Assembly (NCBI GenBank): GCA_052326485.1
Contig: JBKQMS010000019.1
Span: forward strand, 34 to 64,033
DNA length: 64,000 nt
Source: Thermoplasmata archaeon
GTDB lineage: Archaea; Thermoplasmatota; Thermoplasmata; Lutacidiplasmatales; UBA184
Direction: 5' to 3'
A model generated the notes under the pieces. It was given only the letters and a program-made list of their open reading frames with translations, made no database searches and was not told the DNA's origin. Position numbers and translations under genes: made by a program. Shown one piece after another: positions 9,767 through 19,721 of this stretch. Positions within the stretch are counted from its first letter, which is position 1, and each line of letters begins with the position of its first letter.

Positions 9767-10915
9767 ATGCCCGAGCCCGAGGAGTTCGTCGTTACCCCGT
9801 ACGAGGTACGCGGGCACATCGACTACGCGCGCCTCCGGGAGCTGTTCGGGACCCAGGAGCTCTCCGCCGAGCTCCTTGCGAAGTTCCACCACCTCACGGG
9901 CGGCGACCTCCACCCGCTCCTGACCCGGGGCGTCTACTACTCGCACCGCGACCTCGCACCGGTCCTGGACGGGTTCGCGAACGGGAAGCCGTTCTTCCTC
10001 TACTCCGGGCGGGGGCCCTCGGGGCCCCTCCACACGTCCCACCTCGTACCGTTCGACCTCTGCCAGTGGCTCCAGCGCCGGCTCGGGGTGCCGATGTACA
10101 TCCAGATCACGGACGACGAGAAGTTCTGGGCGCGCTCGGGGCTCACCCGTGAGGAGACCGCCTACTGGGGGCTCGAGAACCTCTACGACATCCTCGCGCT
10201 CGGCTTCGACCCGAAGCGCACCCACGTCTTCTTCGACTCGCGATCGATCGCGGCGCTCTACCCGCTCGCGGTCCGCGTCGCGCGGAAGATCCCCTACTCC
10301 ACGGTGAAGGCCGTCTTCGGGTTCGAGCCGAGCACCAACATCGGGCTCGTCTTCTACACGGCGCTCCAGAGCGTCCCCTGCTTCTGGCCGTCCTGGGCGG
10401 AGGGTCGCTCGGTCCCCTGCCTCATCCCGTGCGGGATCGACCAGGACCCGCACTTCCGGGTCACCCGGGACGTCGCGGAGGGGCTCGGCTACCCGAAGCC
10501 CGCGCTCCTGCACAGCCAGATGATCCCCGGCCTCCTCGGGGAGGCCGCGATGTCGACCTCGGGAGATCGACCCGACAACGCCCTATTCCTGAACGACCCG
10601 CCGGAAGCGGTCGACCGGAAGGTCCGCAACGCGTTCACCGGGGGGCGGGCGACGGTCGAGGAGCAGCGGCGGCTCGGCGCCACGCCCGAGGTCTGCTCGG
10701 TCTGGGCGCTCTGGCGCACCCGGTTCGCCGAGTCGGAGGAGAAGTTCCGCGAGGTGACGGCCGACTGCCGGTCGGGAGCCCTCCTTTGCGGGGAGTGCAA
10801 GTCCCAGGTGCTCGAGCGGGTCCACGGGTTCTACCGTCACCACGCGGAGGCCCGGGAGAAGGTCAAGAGCTGGGCCGAGTCGACGATCGTGACGTCGGCT
10901 CCGAAGGAGCTGTAA
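9767..10915 (+). CDS. trpS: Tryptophanyl-tRNA synthetase (archaeal/eukaryotic type)
   Basis: VTPYEV, YSGRGPSGPLHTSH, QITDDEKF, IDQDPHFR, AFTGG, CGECK. Confidence 0.96.
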   Translation: MPEPEEFVVTPYEVRGHIDYARLRELFGTQELSAELLAKFHHLTGGDLHPLLTRGVYYSHRDLAPVLDGFANGKPFFLYSGRGPSGPLHTSHLVPFDLCQWLQRRLGVPMYIQITDDEKFWARSGLTREETAYWGLENLYDILALGFDPKRTHVFFDSRSIAALYPLAVRVARKIPYSTVKAVFGFEPSTNIGLVFYTALQSVPCFWPSWAEGRSVPCLIPCGIDQDPHFRVTRDVAEGLGYPKPALLHSQMIPGLLGEAAMSTSGDRPDNALFLNDPPEAVDRKVRNAFTGGRATVEEQRRLGATPEVCSVWALWRTRFAESEEKFREVTADCRSGALLCGECKSQVLERVHGFYRHHAEAREKVKSWAESTIVTSAPKEL

Positions 10916-10931
10916 GCGGGTCGGGGCCCGG

Positions 10932-11708
10932 CTAGAGGACCTCAGGCCGCGCCGGCCGGCGAGGGACCTCGGGGGGACGGCGGGGCTCGTTCGGCCAGGG
11001 ACCTTCGGGCGCTTCCGCCCCATCCTGGACCGCGGTGAGCAGCCGGAGCATCGGGCGGAAGAGGGAACGGCGGGCCCGCTCCGGGTCCAGTGTGTAGGCT
11101 CGTTCGTACGCGGCGATCGCTTCGTCCTCGTCGCCGAGGCTCAGGAGCGACAGCGCGAGGTCGAGCCAACTCTTCGCTTCCCGGGCTCCCTCGCGCTCCC
11201 CGGTCTCCTCGAGATGGTCGTCGGCCCCAGGGCGGGAGCGCGGGCCTTCAGGGTACGGTGTTGGTGCGGTGGCCGGTTCGGGGAAGTCCGGGCCATCCGA
11301 GACCTCGCGGGAGAGGACGAGCGCTCGCTCGAACGCGACGGTGGCGGCCGGTTCGTCCCCGGATTCGGCCAGGGCGACCCCGAGACGGTGCCAGGCGACC
11401 ATGTCGCTCGGTGTGAGCGCGACCGTCCGCTGGTAGGCCTGGGCCGCCGACACCCACTCGTCTCGCAGGGAGCGCGCGACACCCAGGTGGAACCACGCTT
11501 CGGAGTTCTCGGGGGCAAGGGCGAGCGCCCGACTGAGGGCGCCTTCGGCCGCGGTGGCGTGCCCGAGGTGGGCGAGCGCGATCCCGAGATAGGTCCAGCC
11601 GCGGCCGTCCGCGGGGCTCTCCCGTACGACGTCCCGGAACGCCATCGCGGCGGCCTCGTACTCGTGTCGGAGGAAGTAGTGGACGGCGAGGTCGAAACGG
11701 TGGGTCAC
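10932..11708 (-). CDS. Tetratricopeptide repeat protein
   Basis: Repeated W..LG.A / A...Y..A..L.P units. Confidence 0.85.
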   Translation of the reverse strand: MTHRFDLAVHYFLRHEYEAAAMAFRDVVRESPADGRGWTYLGIALAHLGHATAAEGALSRALALAPENSEAWFHLGVARSLRDEWVSAAQAYQRTVALTPSDMVAWHRLGVALAESGDEPAATVAFERALVLSREVSDGPDFPEPATAPTPYPEGPRSRPGADDHLEETGEREGAREAKSWLDLALSLLSLGDEDEAIAAYERAYTLDPERARRSLFRPMLRLLTAVQDGAEAPEGPWPNEPRRPPEVPRRPARPEVL

Positions 11709-11814
11709 GCGCGGTACCGGCCCGCCGAACGCGGCGGGGACGGAAAAGCCTGCCGTCCGGACCGCGGCTCCCCGGTGCGCCTCCTTCCGAGCGACGCCGG
11801 CGCACGGGCGCGAC

Positions 11815-11820
11815 TTTATA
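11815..11820 (+). promoter_or_regulatory. TATA box upstream of the SSB-like gene
   Basis: TTTATA, the clearest TATA in the intergenic region, ~155 nt before the ATG. Confidence 0.55.
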
Positions 11821-11975
11821 TCCTACCCCCGGGGTGAGTTGTCCGAGGAATCCCAAAGCCCAGCCCGATCCGAGCGTCCCGCCCGTCCTATTTCTGCGAC
11901 GAGTGTTCGCGCGAGAAGTGTTGCGCCACGGCTCCTCAAAACAAACGCGAAACGCGAAAGAAGAGGCGACCCGAA

Positions 11976-12506
11976 ATGGTAGACAAACCCCTGACAAAAG
12001 TGCGAGACCTGACGCCGAACTCGAAGCAAGTGAACGTGCTGGCCAAAGTGATCAACGTTGGCGAGGCCAAAGAGGTCATGGGCAAGTTCGGCGACCCGAG
12101 GAAGGTCTGCGAGGCCGTTGTCGGCGACGACACGGCCACGATCATCCTCTCGTTGTGGAACGAGCAGATTGGCTCCATCGCGAAGGATGAGGTCATCCTG
12201 GTGGACAACGGCTACGTTTCCCTCGTGCGCGGCCACATGCGCCTGAACGTGGGCCGGTACGGGAACCTGTCGAAGTCGACCGAGGCAATCCCCGAGGTCA
12301 ACCAGACGCTCGACATGAGCCAGCAAGAGTTCGAGAGCGAGCGCCGGTCGTTCGGCGGCGGTGGCGGAGGCTACCGTGACCGCGGAGGCGGCGGCGGTGG
12401 CGGCGGCGGATATGGCGGCGGCCGCTATGGTGGCGGCGGCGGCGGTGGCAGTGGCGGCGGCGGGGGCGGGGGGCGCGAGCGCTCCGACTCCTACAAGCGC
12501 TACTAG
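11976..12506 (+). CDS. Single OB-fold ssDNA/RNA-binding protein (SSB/RPA-like) with Gly/Arg-rich tail
   Basis: KVRDLTP..KQVNVLAKV, VGDDTATIILSLWNEQ, NGYV, LNVGRYG; (GGC)n-encoded tail. Confidence 0.9.
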   Translation: MVDKPLTKVRDLTPNSKQVNVLAKVINVGEAKEVMGKFGDPRKVCEAVVGDDTATIILSLWNEQIGSIAKDEVILVDNGYVSLVRGHMRLNVGRYGNLSKSTEAIPEVNQTLDMSQQEFESERRSFGGGGGGYRDRGGGGGGGGGYGGGRYGGGGGGGSGGGGGGGRERSDSYKRY

Positions 12507-12540
12507 GCTACGGCTCCGACCGGATTCGTGCCAACCCTTT

Positions 12541-12562
12541 CCCCCGCCCTTGCGGGCGGGGG
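12541..12562. terminator. GC-rich hairpin after the SSB-like gene (possible terminator or 3' stabiliser)
   Basis: CCCCCGCCC-TTGC-GGGCGGGGG, a perfect 9-bp stem. Confidence 0.4.
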
Positions 12563-12613
12563 CCCCTCCGCGGGTTTGATTAAATAGGCCCGCCGATTCT
12601 TGCCCTCGAAGCC

Positions 12614-13285
12614 ATGCCCGATGATCTCCACGAACTGACGCTCTACGTCCAATCGAAGAAAGCGGTCACGACCTTCTTCCGCCCCGCCGCCGCTCAGAGC
12701 CAAGAGGCTGCCATGAGCGGCATGGGGGCAGGCCCCTCGGCTTCTTCGTCCTCCGGGGACGCGGTCGGCGAATCGGTCTTCTTCCTCTCGGACGACCAGG
12801 CCCGATGCCAGGCGATGGTGGAGGACATCGCGGCCCAGCGAGGCTACCATCTCCGGGTGATCGACATCGAGCGGGTCGGTCGGATCGAGCGCCTGGTGGC
12901 CGAGCACCTCCGAGGCGTCCAGAAGTTCCCGGTCCTGATCTCGCCCCTCGGGCGCCGCTTGGAAGGGGTCGAAGCGTTCACGGAGGACGAGCTCGCGGCG
13001 ATCATGCCGGCCGACCTCAAGAGCGTCCGTGCGTTCTCCTACCTCAAGGTCCGCGGCGGCGACCTCGACAAGATCAAGCGGCTCCTCGAGACCCTCCACG
13101 AGGTCCGGGAGCTCCACTTCCTCACGGGCGACTGGGACATCTTGGTCGTGCTCGACTTCGAGCCGAGCGCGGCGAACAAGCGGCGGGTCCTCGACTTCGT
13201 GACCGAGCGAATCCGGGGCATCCCCGAGGTCATCGATACCTCGACGATCATCCCCGAGTACTCGCTGACGAAGTTCCCGCTATAG
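12614..13285 (+). CDS. Thioredoxin/glutaredoxin-like domain fused to an Lrp/AsnC ligand-binding (RAM) domain
   Basis: C-terminal AFSYLKV..EVRELHFLTGDWDILV..IRGIPEVIDTST; central RVIDIE..FPVLISP.GRRLEG; TTAAATA at 12580-12586. Confidence 0.75.
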   Translation: MPDDLHELTLYVQSKKAVTTFFRPAAAQSQEAAMSGMGAGPSASSSSGDAVGESVFFLSDDQARCQAMVEDIAAQRGYHLRVIDIERVGRIERLVAEHLRGVQKFPVLISPLGRRLEGVEAFTEDELAAIMPADLKSVRAFSYLKVRGGDLDKIKRLLETLHEVRELHFLTGDWDILVVLDFEPSAANKRRVLDFVTERIRGIPEVIDTSTIIPEYSLTKFPL

Positions 13286-16200
13286 TCGGTCCCGGGCTCC
13301 GCCGCCCGCGGCGCGGCCGAACGCGACCCCGACGCGGCACGACGGAGGCTCCCGGGGGACGTTCTGCCTTCGTTCCCGGTTCCGGGGTCCCGTAGAGCGC
13401 GTCCCCTGTGAGGGGATGCTCCTCGAGCCACGCGACCCCTTCGACGTAGGCGGCGAACGCCTCGAGGCTCGTGAAGAGCGGGATCCCGAGCTCGATCGCC
13501 CGGCGCCTGAGGACGTACTCGTCCTCGAGCATCCGCTCGAACTTCTCCTGGGTGAGGGAGAGCGGGACGTCGAGGAGGAGGTCGATCCCGCCCTGGTCGA
13601 GGGCCTCGAGGACGTTCGGGTGACGATCGGGCTCCGACACCTTGTGGGCGACCCGAACCCCGCGGACCCCCCGCTCGGTGAGGAACGCCTGCGTGTCCTC
13701 CGTCGCGCTTACCCCGAGGCCGAGGGAGCGCAGGCGCTCGGCGGTGGGCAGGAGCTGCTCCTTGAGGGCGGGTCCCCCGACCGAGAGGAACGCGGTCCCT
13801 CGTCGCGGGACGAGCTTCACCCCGGTCGCCACGAGCGCCTTCACGAGGGCGTCCGAGAAGGTAGGTCCGAAGCAGGCGACCTCGCCGGTCGACTGCATCT
13901 CCACTCCGAGGAGCGGGTCGGAGCCGGAGAGCTGGAGGAAGGAGAACTGGGGGACCTTCACGCCCCAGCGACCCGGTGGGAGGGGGGCGACCCCCTCCCG
14001 CGAGAGGGGCTTCCCGAGCATCGCGCGTGCGGCCTCTCGGAGGAGGGGCACGCCGGTCGCCTTCGCGAGGAACGGCAGCGATCGGCTCGCCCGGAGGTTG
14101 AGCTCGATGACCTGGTACCCCTGCTCCTTCACGAGGAACTGGACGTTGAACGGACCCCGAATGCGCAAGTGGCGGGCGAGCTCGCCGGCCGCGCGGAGGA
14201 GCTGGCCCTGGACCTCGGGCGAGGTGTGGCGCGGGGGAAAGCAGAAGATGGCGTCCCCCGAGTGGACCCCCGCGCGTTCGACGTGCTCTAGGATCCCCGC
14301 CACCAGCACCCGCTTCCCGTCCGAGACCCCGTCCAGCTCGACCTCGTCGGCGCCCTCGACGAACTTCGTGATCACGACGGGATGCTCGGGCGAGACGCGC
14401 GCCGCCTCGGAGAGGAAACGGCCGAGGTCGTTCCGGCCGGCGATGACCCGCATTGCCTGCCCGCTCAGGACGTACGACGGCCGGACGAGGACCGGGTACC
14501 CCACCTCGTCGGCGAACGCGCTCGCTTCCTCGAACGTCGTGAACGCTTGCCAGGCCGGTTGCGGGATCGCGAGAGTCTCGAGCAGCCGCGCGAAGCGGGC
14601 GCGGTCCTCGGCCGTGTCGATCGACTCGGACGCGGTCCCGAGGATCGGGATCCCGCACATGTGGAGGAGCGGGGTCAGGTTCTGGGCGAGCTGGCTACCG
14701 ACGCAGGTGACGACCCCACCGAACGATTCGAAGTCGAAGATGTCCCGGACGCGCTCGAGCGTGATCTCCTCGAAGTAGAGCCGGTCCGAGCGGTCGTAGT
14801 CGGTGGAGACAGTCTCGGGGTTCGAGTTGAGGACCGCGACACCGGGGACCCCCTCGACCTTCAGCCCATCCACCAGGTTCATGGTCGACCAGTCGAACTC
14901 CACGCTCGAGCCGATCCGATACGGGCCCGCGCCGACGACGAGCACGGACCCTTTCGGCATCGGGGCGACGTCGTCCGCGTCGGCCCGGTACGTGAGGTAG
15001 AGGTAGTTCGTCCGCGAGGGCCATTCCCCGGCGAGGGTGTCGATCATTCGAACCCGCGGTCGGACCCCGGCCGCGAGGCGACGGCGACGGACCTCTTCCT
15101 CGTCCAGCCGCGCGATCCGGGCCACCGCCCGGTCGGAAAGTCCGAGCTCCTTGGCCCGGCGCAGGAGCGCGGGCGAGAGCCCCGGCCCGCCGGCCGACGC
15201 GATCGCGCGGTCGACCGCTACGATCTCCCCAAGGGCCTCGACGAACCAACGGTCGATGTAGGAGAGGCGGCTCACCTCCTCGGGTGGGATCCCCGCGCGA
15301 AGCGCCTCGAGGACCCGGAAGAGGATCTCGGGCGTGGGGGTCGCGAGCTCCGCGCGGACCTCCTCGCGGGACCGCGGCTCGGCGGGGGGGACGAGGTCCG
15401 CCCGCGGGTCCCCCATGCGGACCGCCTTCGAGATCGCCTCGGGGAACGACGCCCCGATCCCCATCACCTCCCCGACCGACTTCATCGCCGGGCCGAGCCG
15501 ACGGTCGGCGCGCTCGAACTTGTCGAGGTCCCAGCGCGGTAGCTTTACGACCACGTAGTCGAGGGCCGGCTCGAACGCCGCACTGGTCACGCCCGTGATC
15601 CGGTTCTTGAGCTCGGGGAGCGTGTAACCGAGCGCGAGCTTCGCGGCGACGTAGGCGAGCGGGTAGCCGGTCGCCTTGCTCGCGAGCGCGCTCGAGCGGG
15701 AGAGGCGGGCGTTCACCTCGATCGCGTAGTACTCCTCGCTCGTGGGATTCAGGCAGAACTGGACGTTGCACTCCCCCACGATCCCGCACGCTTCCGCCGC
15801 CCGCAGCGCGGCCTGGCGGAGCATCTGGTATTCGAAGTCGGTCAGCGTCTGGCTGGGCGCGACGACGACGTTGTCCCCGGTGTGGACGCGCATCCCGAGG
15901 ACGTTCTCCATGTTACAGACCGTGATCGCGTTCCCCCGCGCGTCGCGGACCACCTCGTACTCGAGCTGCTTGAACTCGCCGACGTACCGTTCGAGGAGAA
16001 GCTGACCCACCGGGCTCGCGCGCAGGCCGCGGTCGACGACGTCGCGGAGCTCCTCCTTCGTCCGGGCGACCCCTCCTCCCCGGCCCCCGAGGGTGAACGC
16101 GACCCGGACCATGACCGGGAATCCGAGCGCCGCCGCGGCCTCGAGCGCCTCCGGGTAGGAGTAGACCGCCCGGCTCGGCAGGGTCGGGACCCGTGCCTTC

Positions 16201-16607
16201 GTCATCGTCCGCACGAACTTCGCGCGGTCCTCGGTCGCCCGGATGCCCGAAAGGGGGGTCCCCAGGACCCTCGTCCCGGTGCGTCGGAGGACCCCCCGGT
16301 CGGAGAGCCCGACGCCGCAGTTGAGCGCGGTCTGGCCCCCGAAGGAGAGCAGGATCCCGTCGGCCCGTTCGGCCTCGAGGATCGGCGCCACGAACTCGGG
16401 CGTGAGGGGCTGGAAGTAGACCCGACCGCGCTTCGGAGGGTCGGTCTGGAGGGTGGCGATGTTCGGGTTGATCACGACCGCATAGACCCCCTCCTCGTCG
16501 AGGGCCTTCAAGCACTGGCTGCCGGAGTAGTCGAACTCGCCGGCCTCGCCGATCTTGAGCGCCCCGCTGCCGAGCAGGACGACCTTGGAGGGCAGCGAGG
16601 CCGTCAT
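13248..16607 (-). CDS. carB: Carbamoyl-phosphate synthase large subunit
   Basis: LGSGALKIGEAGEFDYSGSQ, HTGD, EVNARLSRSSALASKATGYP, duplicated ATP-grasp, MGS domain. Confidence 0.97.
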   Translation of the reverse strand: MTASLPSKVVLLGSGALKIGEAGEFDYSGSQCLKALDEEGVYAVVINPNIATLQTDPPKRGRVYFQPLTPEFVAPILEAERADGILLSFGGQTALNCGVGLSDRGVLRRTGTRVLGTPLSGIRATEDRAKFVRTMTKARVPTLPSRAVYSYPEALEAAAALGFPVMVRVAFTLGGRGGGVARTKEELRDVVDRGLRASPVGQLLLERYVGEFKQLEYEVVRDARGNAITVCNMENVLGMRVHTGDNVVVAPSQTLTDFEYQMLRQAALRAAEACGIVGECNVQFCLNPTSEEYYAIEVNARLSRSSALASKATGYPLAYVAAKLALGYTLPELKNRITGVTSAAFEPALDYVVVKLPRWDLDKFERADRRLGPAMKSVGEVMGIGASFPEAISKAVRMGDPRADLVPPAEPRSREEVRAELATPTPEILFRVLEALRAGIPPEEVSRLSYIDRWFVEALGEIVAVDRAIASAGGPGLSPALLRRAKELGLSDRAVARIARLDEEEVRRRRLAAGVRPRVRMIDTLAGEWPSRTNYLYLTYRADADDVAPMPKGSVLVVGAGPYRIGSSVEFDWSTMNLVDGLKVEGVPGVAVLNSNPETVSTDYDRSDRLYFEEITLERVRDIFDFESFGGVVTCVGSQLAQNLTPLLHMCGIPILGTASESIDTAEDRARFARLLETLAIPQPAWQAFTTFEEASAFADEVGYPVLVRPSYVLSGQAMRVIAGRNDLGRFLSEAARVSPEHPVVITKFVEGADEVELDGVSDGKRVLVAGILEHVERAGVHSGDAIFCFPPRHTSPEVQGQLLRAAGELARHLRIRGPFNVQFLVKEQGYQVIELNLRASRSLPFLAKATGVPLLREAARAMLGKPLSREGVAPLPPGRWGVKVPQFSFLQLSGSDPLLGVEMQSTGEVACFGPTFSDALVKALVATGVKLVPRRGTAFLSVGGPALKEQLLPTAERLRSLGLGVSATEDTQAFLTERGVRGVRVAHKVSEPDRHPNVLEALDQGGIDLLLDVPLSLTQEKFERMLEDEYVLRRRAIELGIPLFTSLEAFAAYVEGVAWLEEHPLTGDALYGTPEPGTKAERPPGASVVPRRGRVRPRRGRRSPGPTIAGTSSASTRG

Positions 16608-17761
16608 GCGCGTCGCTTCACCTTCCCCACGAACCGGTCGAAGACGAAGCCGGCCTCCTGGGGGCCTGGGTGGCCCTCGGGGTGGCCCTGCAGTGCGAGC
16701 ACGCGACCGGACCGGTCCCGGAACCCTTCGAGCGTCCCGTCGTCGGGGTTCGTCGCCCAGAGGTCGAGGCCGGTCCCGTGCAGCGAGCGTGGGTCGACCG
16801 CGTAGCCGTGATTCTCGCTCACGATGAGGGCGCGGCCGTCAGCGAAACAGAGCGTCTTGTTCTGTCCACGGTGACCGTACTTGAGCTTGAACGTCGTCCC
16901 GCCGCGGGCCAGCGCGAGGAGCTGGTGGCCGAGGCAGATCCCGAGGGTGGGGAGCGCTCGGGTCGACGGCCGGCGGAGCTCGGAGACGGTCGCCGCGAGC
17001 TCGGCCGGGTCCCCCGGTCCGTTCCCGACGACCAGCCCCGCGACCGTCCGTCCCTCCCACTTCGCCGGGACGGTCTCGTCGAACGGCAGGCGAAGAACGC
17101 TCACGCCTCGACCGAGCAGCGCCCGTAGGATGCTCGCCTTGACCCCGCAATCGAGGGCCGCCACGAGCGGTCCCTTCAGAGGTCCGAGGAGCTTCGGGTG
17201 CTTTGGCGCGACGGCCGCCATGTAGTTCTCTTCGGCGTAGCGGGGGGCGTTCGAGAGCGCTCGACGGAGCTCCTCGTCGCTCGGGACGTCGTCTGCCTCC
17301 CCCACGTGAACGACCCCTCGGAGGACTCCGCCCGAGCGCAGGTGCTGCGTGAGACGCCGGGTGTCGACCCCCCGGATCCCCGGGACGCCCTCGTCGGCCA
17401 GCCACGCGTCGAGGGAGCGATGGCTCGACCAATGGTTCGGAGCGGCCGTGCCCCGTACGACCACGCCGCGGACCTGGACCTCCTCGCTCTCGAGCACCGG
17501 CAGGCCCCAGCCGTCGCGACGGTCGGTCCGCGGGACCCCGTAGTTTCCGATCAATGGGTAGGTGAAGGTCAGAACCTGCCCCCGGAACGATGGGTCGGTG
17601 AGCGACTCCGGATACCCCACCATCCCGGTGGTGAACACGACCTCGCCGACGCGACGGGTGGGTGCCCCGAACCCATCCCCTTCGAAGCGTGTCCCGTCCT
17701 CGAGAAAAAGCGACCCACGGAGGCCGGCGGTTCCGGGGTGATTCGGCACGGGCGTTGGCAA
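16604..17761 (-). CDS. carA: Carbamoyl-phosphate synthase small subunit
   Basis: GEVVFTTGMVGYPESLTDPS, GPGDP, GICLGHQ, HPE; overlaps the carB start. Confidence 0.96.
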   Translation of the reverse strand: MPTPVPNHPGTAGLRGSLFLEDGTRFEGDGFGAPTRRVGEVVFTTGMVGYPESLTDPSFRGQVLTFTYPLIGNYGVPRTDRRDGWGLPVLESEEVQVRGVVVRGTAAPNHWSSHRSLDAWLADEGVPGIRGVDTRRLTQHLRSGGVLRGVVHVGEADDVPSDEELRRALSNAPRYAEENYMAAVAPKHPKLLGPLKGPLVAALDCGVKASILRALLGRGVSVLRLPFDETVPAKWEGRTVAGLVVGNGPGDPAELAATVSELRRPSTRALPTLGICLGHQLLALARGGTTFKLKYGHRGQNKTLCFADGRALIVSENHGYAVDPRSLHGTGLDLWATNPDDGTLEGFRDRSGRVLALQGHPEGHPGPQEAGFVFDRFVGKVKRRA

Positions 17762-17885
17762 CCCGAGCGCCCCCGAGGAAGCGATTCGGCCTTAACGCTT
17801 ACCCTCGCCCCGTCGTCGAAATCGCTCCGAGCCACCGCCGTCCACCCGGCGAGGCATCAAATCCCCCCGCCGGTTGCTCGGCACG

Positions 17886-18881
17886 ATGCCCGGGTTCCCG
17901 CGCCTAAAGGACCGCTACGACCTCGTCGTGGTCGGGGGCGGGCACGCAGGCCTCCAGGCGGCGGTCAAGGCAGCGCTCCTCCAGCACTCGGTGGCGCTGC
18001 TCGACCGGGGACCGAAGTACTCACGTTCGTACTACGCTCCCCACATGGCCAACATCCCCGGCTTCCCTGAAGGGGTGTCGGGGCACCGCCTCTTGGACCT
18101 ACAGATCGCGGCCGTCCGCAGGCTCGACGACCAGGTGGGCTACTTCACGCCGGCCACCGTGGCCTCCGTCGAGCGGACCGCGGAGGGGTTCGCGGTCTCG
18201 TTCGATTGGCTGAAGCAGACCCACGTCGCCCAGGGCCGGGTTGTCGTCCTCGCGATGGGCGTGGTCGACCGGATCCCGGTCGTCGGAGGGAAGATCGACC
18301 CGATCTTCCCCTGGGCGAACCAGGCGCTCGTCGACTTCTGCCTCGTCTGCGACGGGTACGACCTCGTGGGAAAGTCCGTCGCGGTGCTCGGCCACGACGC
18401 GTTCGCGGCCCGCACGGCGCTCGACATCCTTCACTTCCGACCGAAGGGGGTCGAGCTCCTCACGCACGGCCGCCCCCTCTTGGACGGGGTCCCCGAGCCC
18501 GACCGCTCCACCCTCGCGAAGGCCCTTCAAGACCACGGGATCCCCACCGTCACCGCCGAGATGGTCGGCTTCGACGGGATCCGCGAGAAGCTCTTCGGGG
18601 TCCGGTTCGCCGACGGGAGCCACCGGACGTACGACCGGGGGTTCAGCGGCCTCGGCTGGTACGACATGCACGACACGATCCCGCGGTCGCTCGGGTGTCG
18701 GTTCGACGGCGACGGGTACGTCGTCACGGACGAGGACTGCCGCGCGATCGCGGACGCGACCGGTGAGCCGATCCCCGGCCTCTATTGTGTGGGCGACCAG
18801 CGGAACGGTTGGAACCAGATTCCGGAAGCGTGGGCGACCGCGGAGCGGGCGGTCGTCCACGCCTGGGCGTCGTACCTGTAG
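17886..18881 (+). CDS. Thioredoxin reductase-like FAD/NAD(P) oxidoreductase
   Basis: VVGGGHAGL, CLVCDG redox motif, PGLYCVGD. Confidence 0.85.
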   Translation: MPGFPRLKDRYDLVVVGGGHAGLQAAVKAALLQHSVALLDRGPKYSRSYYAPHMANIPGFPEGVSGHRLLDLQIAAVRRLDDQVGYFTPATVASVERTAEGFAVSFDWLKQTHVAQGRVVVLAMGVVDRIPVVGGKIDPIFPWANQALVDFCLVCDGYDLVGKSVAVLGHDAFAARTALDILHFRPKGVELLTHGRPLLDGVPEPDRSTLAKALQDHGIPTVTAEMVGFDGIREKLFGVRFADGSHRTYDRGFSGLGWYDMHDTIPRSLGCRFDGDGYVVTDEDCRAIADATGEPIPGLYCVGDQRNGWNQIPEAWATAERAVVHAWASYL

Positions 18882-18888
18882 GGCCCCG

Positions 18889-19641
18889 TTACCCTCCTAC
18901 GGGAGGGGGAGTCGCGATCGTGAGGTGGTGAGCGAGCTCGGGAAGGTCCTTCGCGATCGCGGACGCCCCCGCCGCGAGGAACCGGTCCTCGGTCATGGTC
19001 GAATGGGAGGCTGCGGCCTCGCTCGGGTCGGGCATGACCGCGTAGAAGCGGACGCCCGCGGCCCGAGCGCACTCGGCGTCGAGGAGGTGGTCTCCGACGA
19101 AGAGGGCCCGGTCGATCGGGACCCCCATCTCCTTGAGCAGCATGAGGAGGGCCTCGGGCGACGGCTTCGTCGGCCCCGCGGCGCTGCGGCTCCGTAGATA
19201 GCTGAAGAACGGGGCGAGCTGCGTGCGGACGAGCGCCTGACGGGCGAAGGTCTCCGAGCTCCGGGTGAGGAGCCCGATCCGGAACCCCCTCAGGGAAAGG
19301 ATCTTCAGAAGCTCCGGGGCGCCCGGACGGGGGACCGTTCTCGGCAACGCCTCGAGCTCGATCGCATCGATGGCGCGCTGGTAGTCGGCCTCGAACCGGT
19401 AGAGGATGCTGTCCGCCGCGCCGGTGTTCCGTAGCTCCTCTCGGGCGGCCTCGACGATTCGGTGGATCGGGTCCTGCACCGAGAGATGTCCGGGCATGAT
19501 CCCGTAGTGCTCCGCGATGCGGATCACGTCCGATCGCATCCGCCCGAAGTCGTGGTGCGACAGGACGAGCGTGCCGTCCAGGTCGAACACGACCCCAAGC
19601 AGTGGCTCCAAGAACTTCGGCTGGGACCCTGGGGGTGGCAT
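18889..19641 (-). CDS. HAD-family hydrolase (phosphoglycolate phosphatase-like)
   Basis: FDLDGTL, LLTRS, KPSP, VGDHLLD. Confidence 0.9.
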   Translation of the reverse strand: MPPPGSQPKFLEPLLGVVFDLDGTLVLSHHDFGRMRSDVIRIAEHYGIMPGHLSVQDPIHRIVEAAREELRNTGAADSILYRFEADYQRAIDAIELEALPRTVPRPGAPELLKILSLRGFRIGLLTRSSETFARQALVRTQLAPFFSYLRSRSAAGPTKPSPEALLMLLKEMGVPIDRALFVGDHLLDAECARAAGVRFYAVMPDPSEAAASHSTMTEDRFLAAGASAIAKDLPELAHHLTIATPPPVGG

Positions 19642-19721
19642 CTCCCCTCCTTGGCCGGAAAGCGAACGCGCGGCGCGATACGTTAAGCGTTTGCTTCGAG
19701 CGGAAGGCTCTGCGCCGGACG

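Noticed and set aside
12350-12475. (GGC)n-like tandem repeat
   Set aside because: It encodes the Gly-rich tail of the SSB-like protein and is not a CRISPR array or independent repeat element.
13248-13400. Long C-terminal tail of carB overlapping the convergent gene
   Set aside because: Low-complexity read-through typical of stop-poor GC-rich DNA, with no domain signal.
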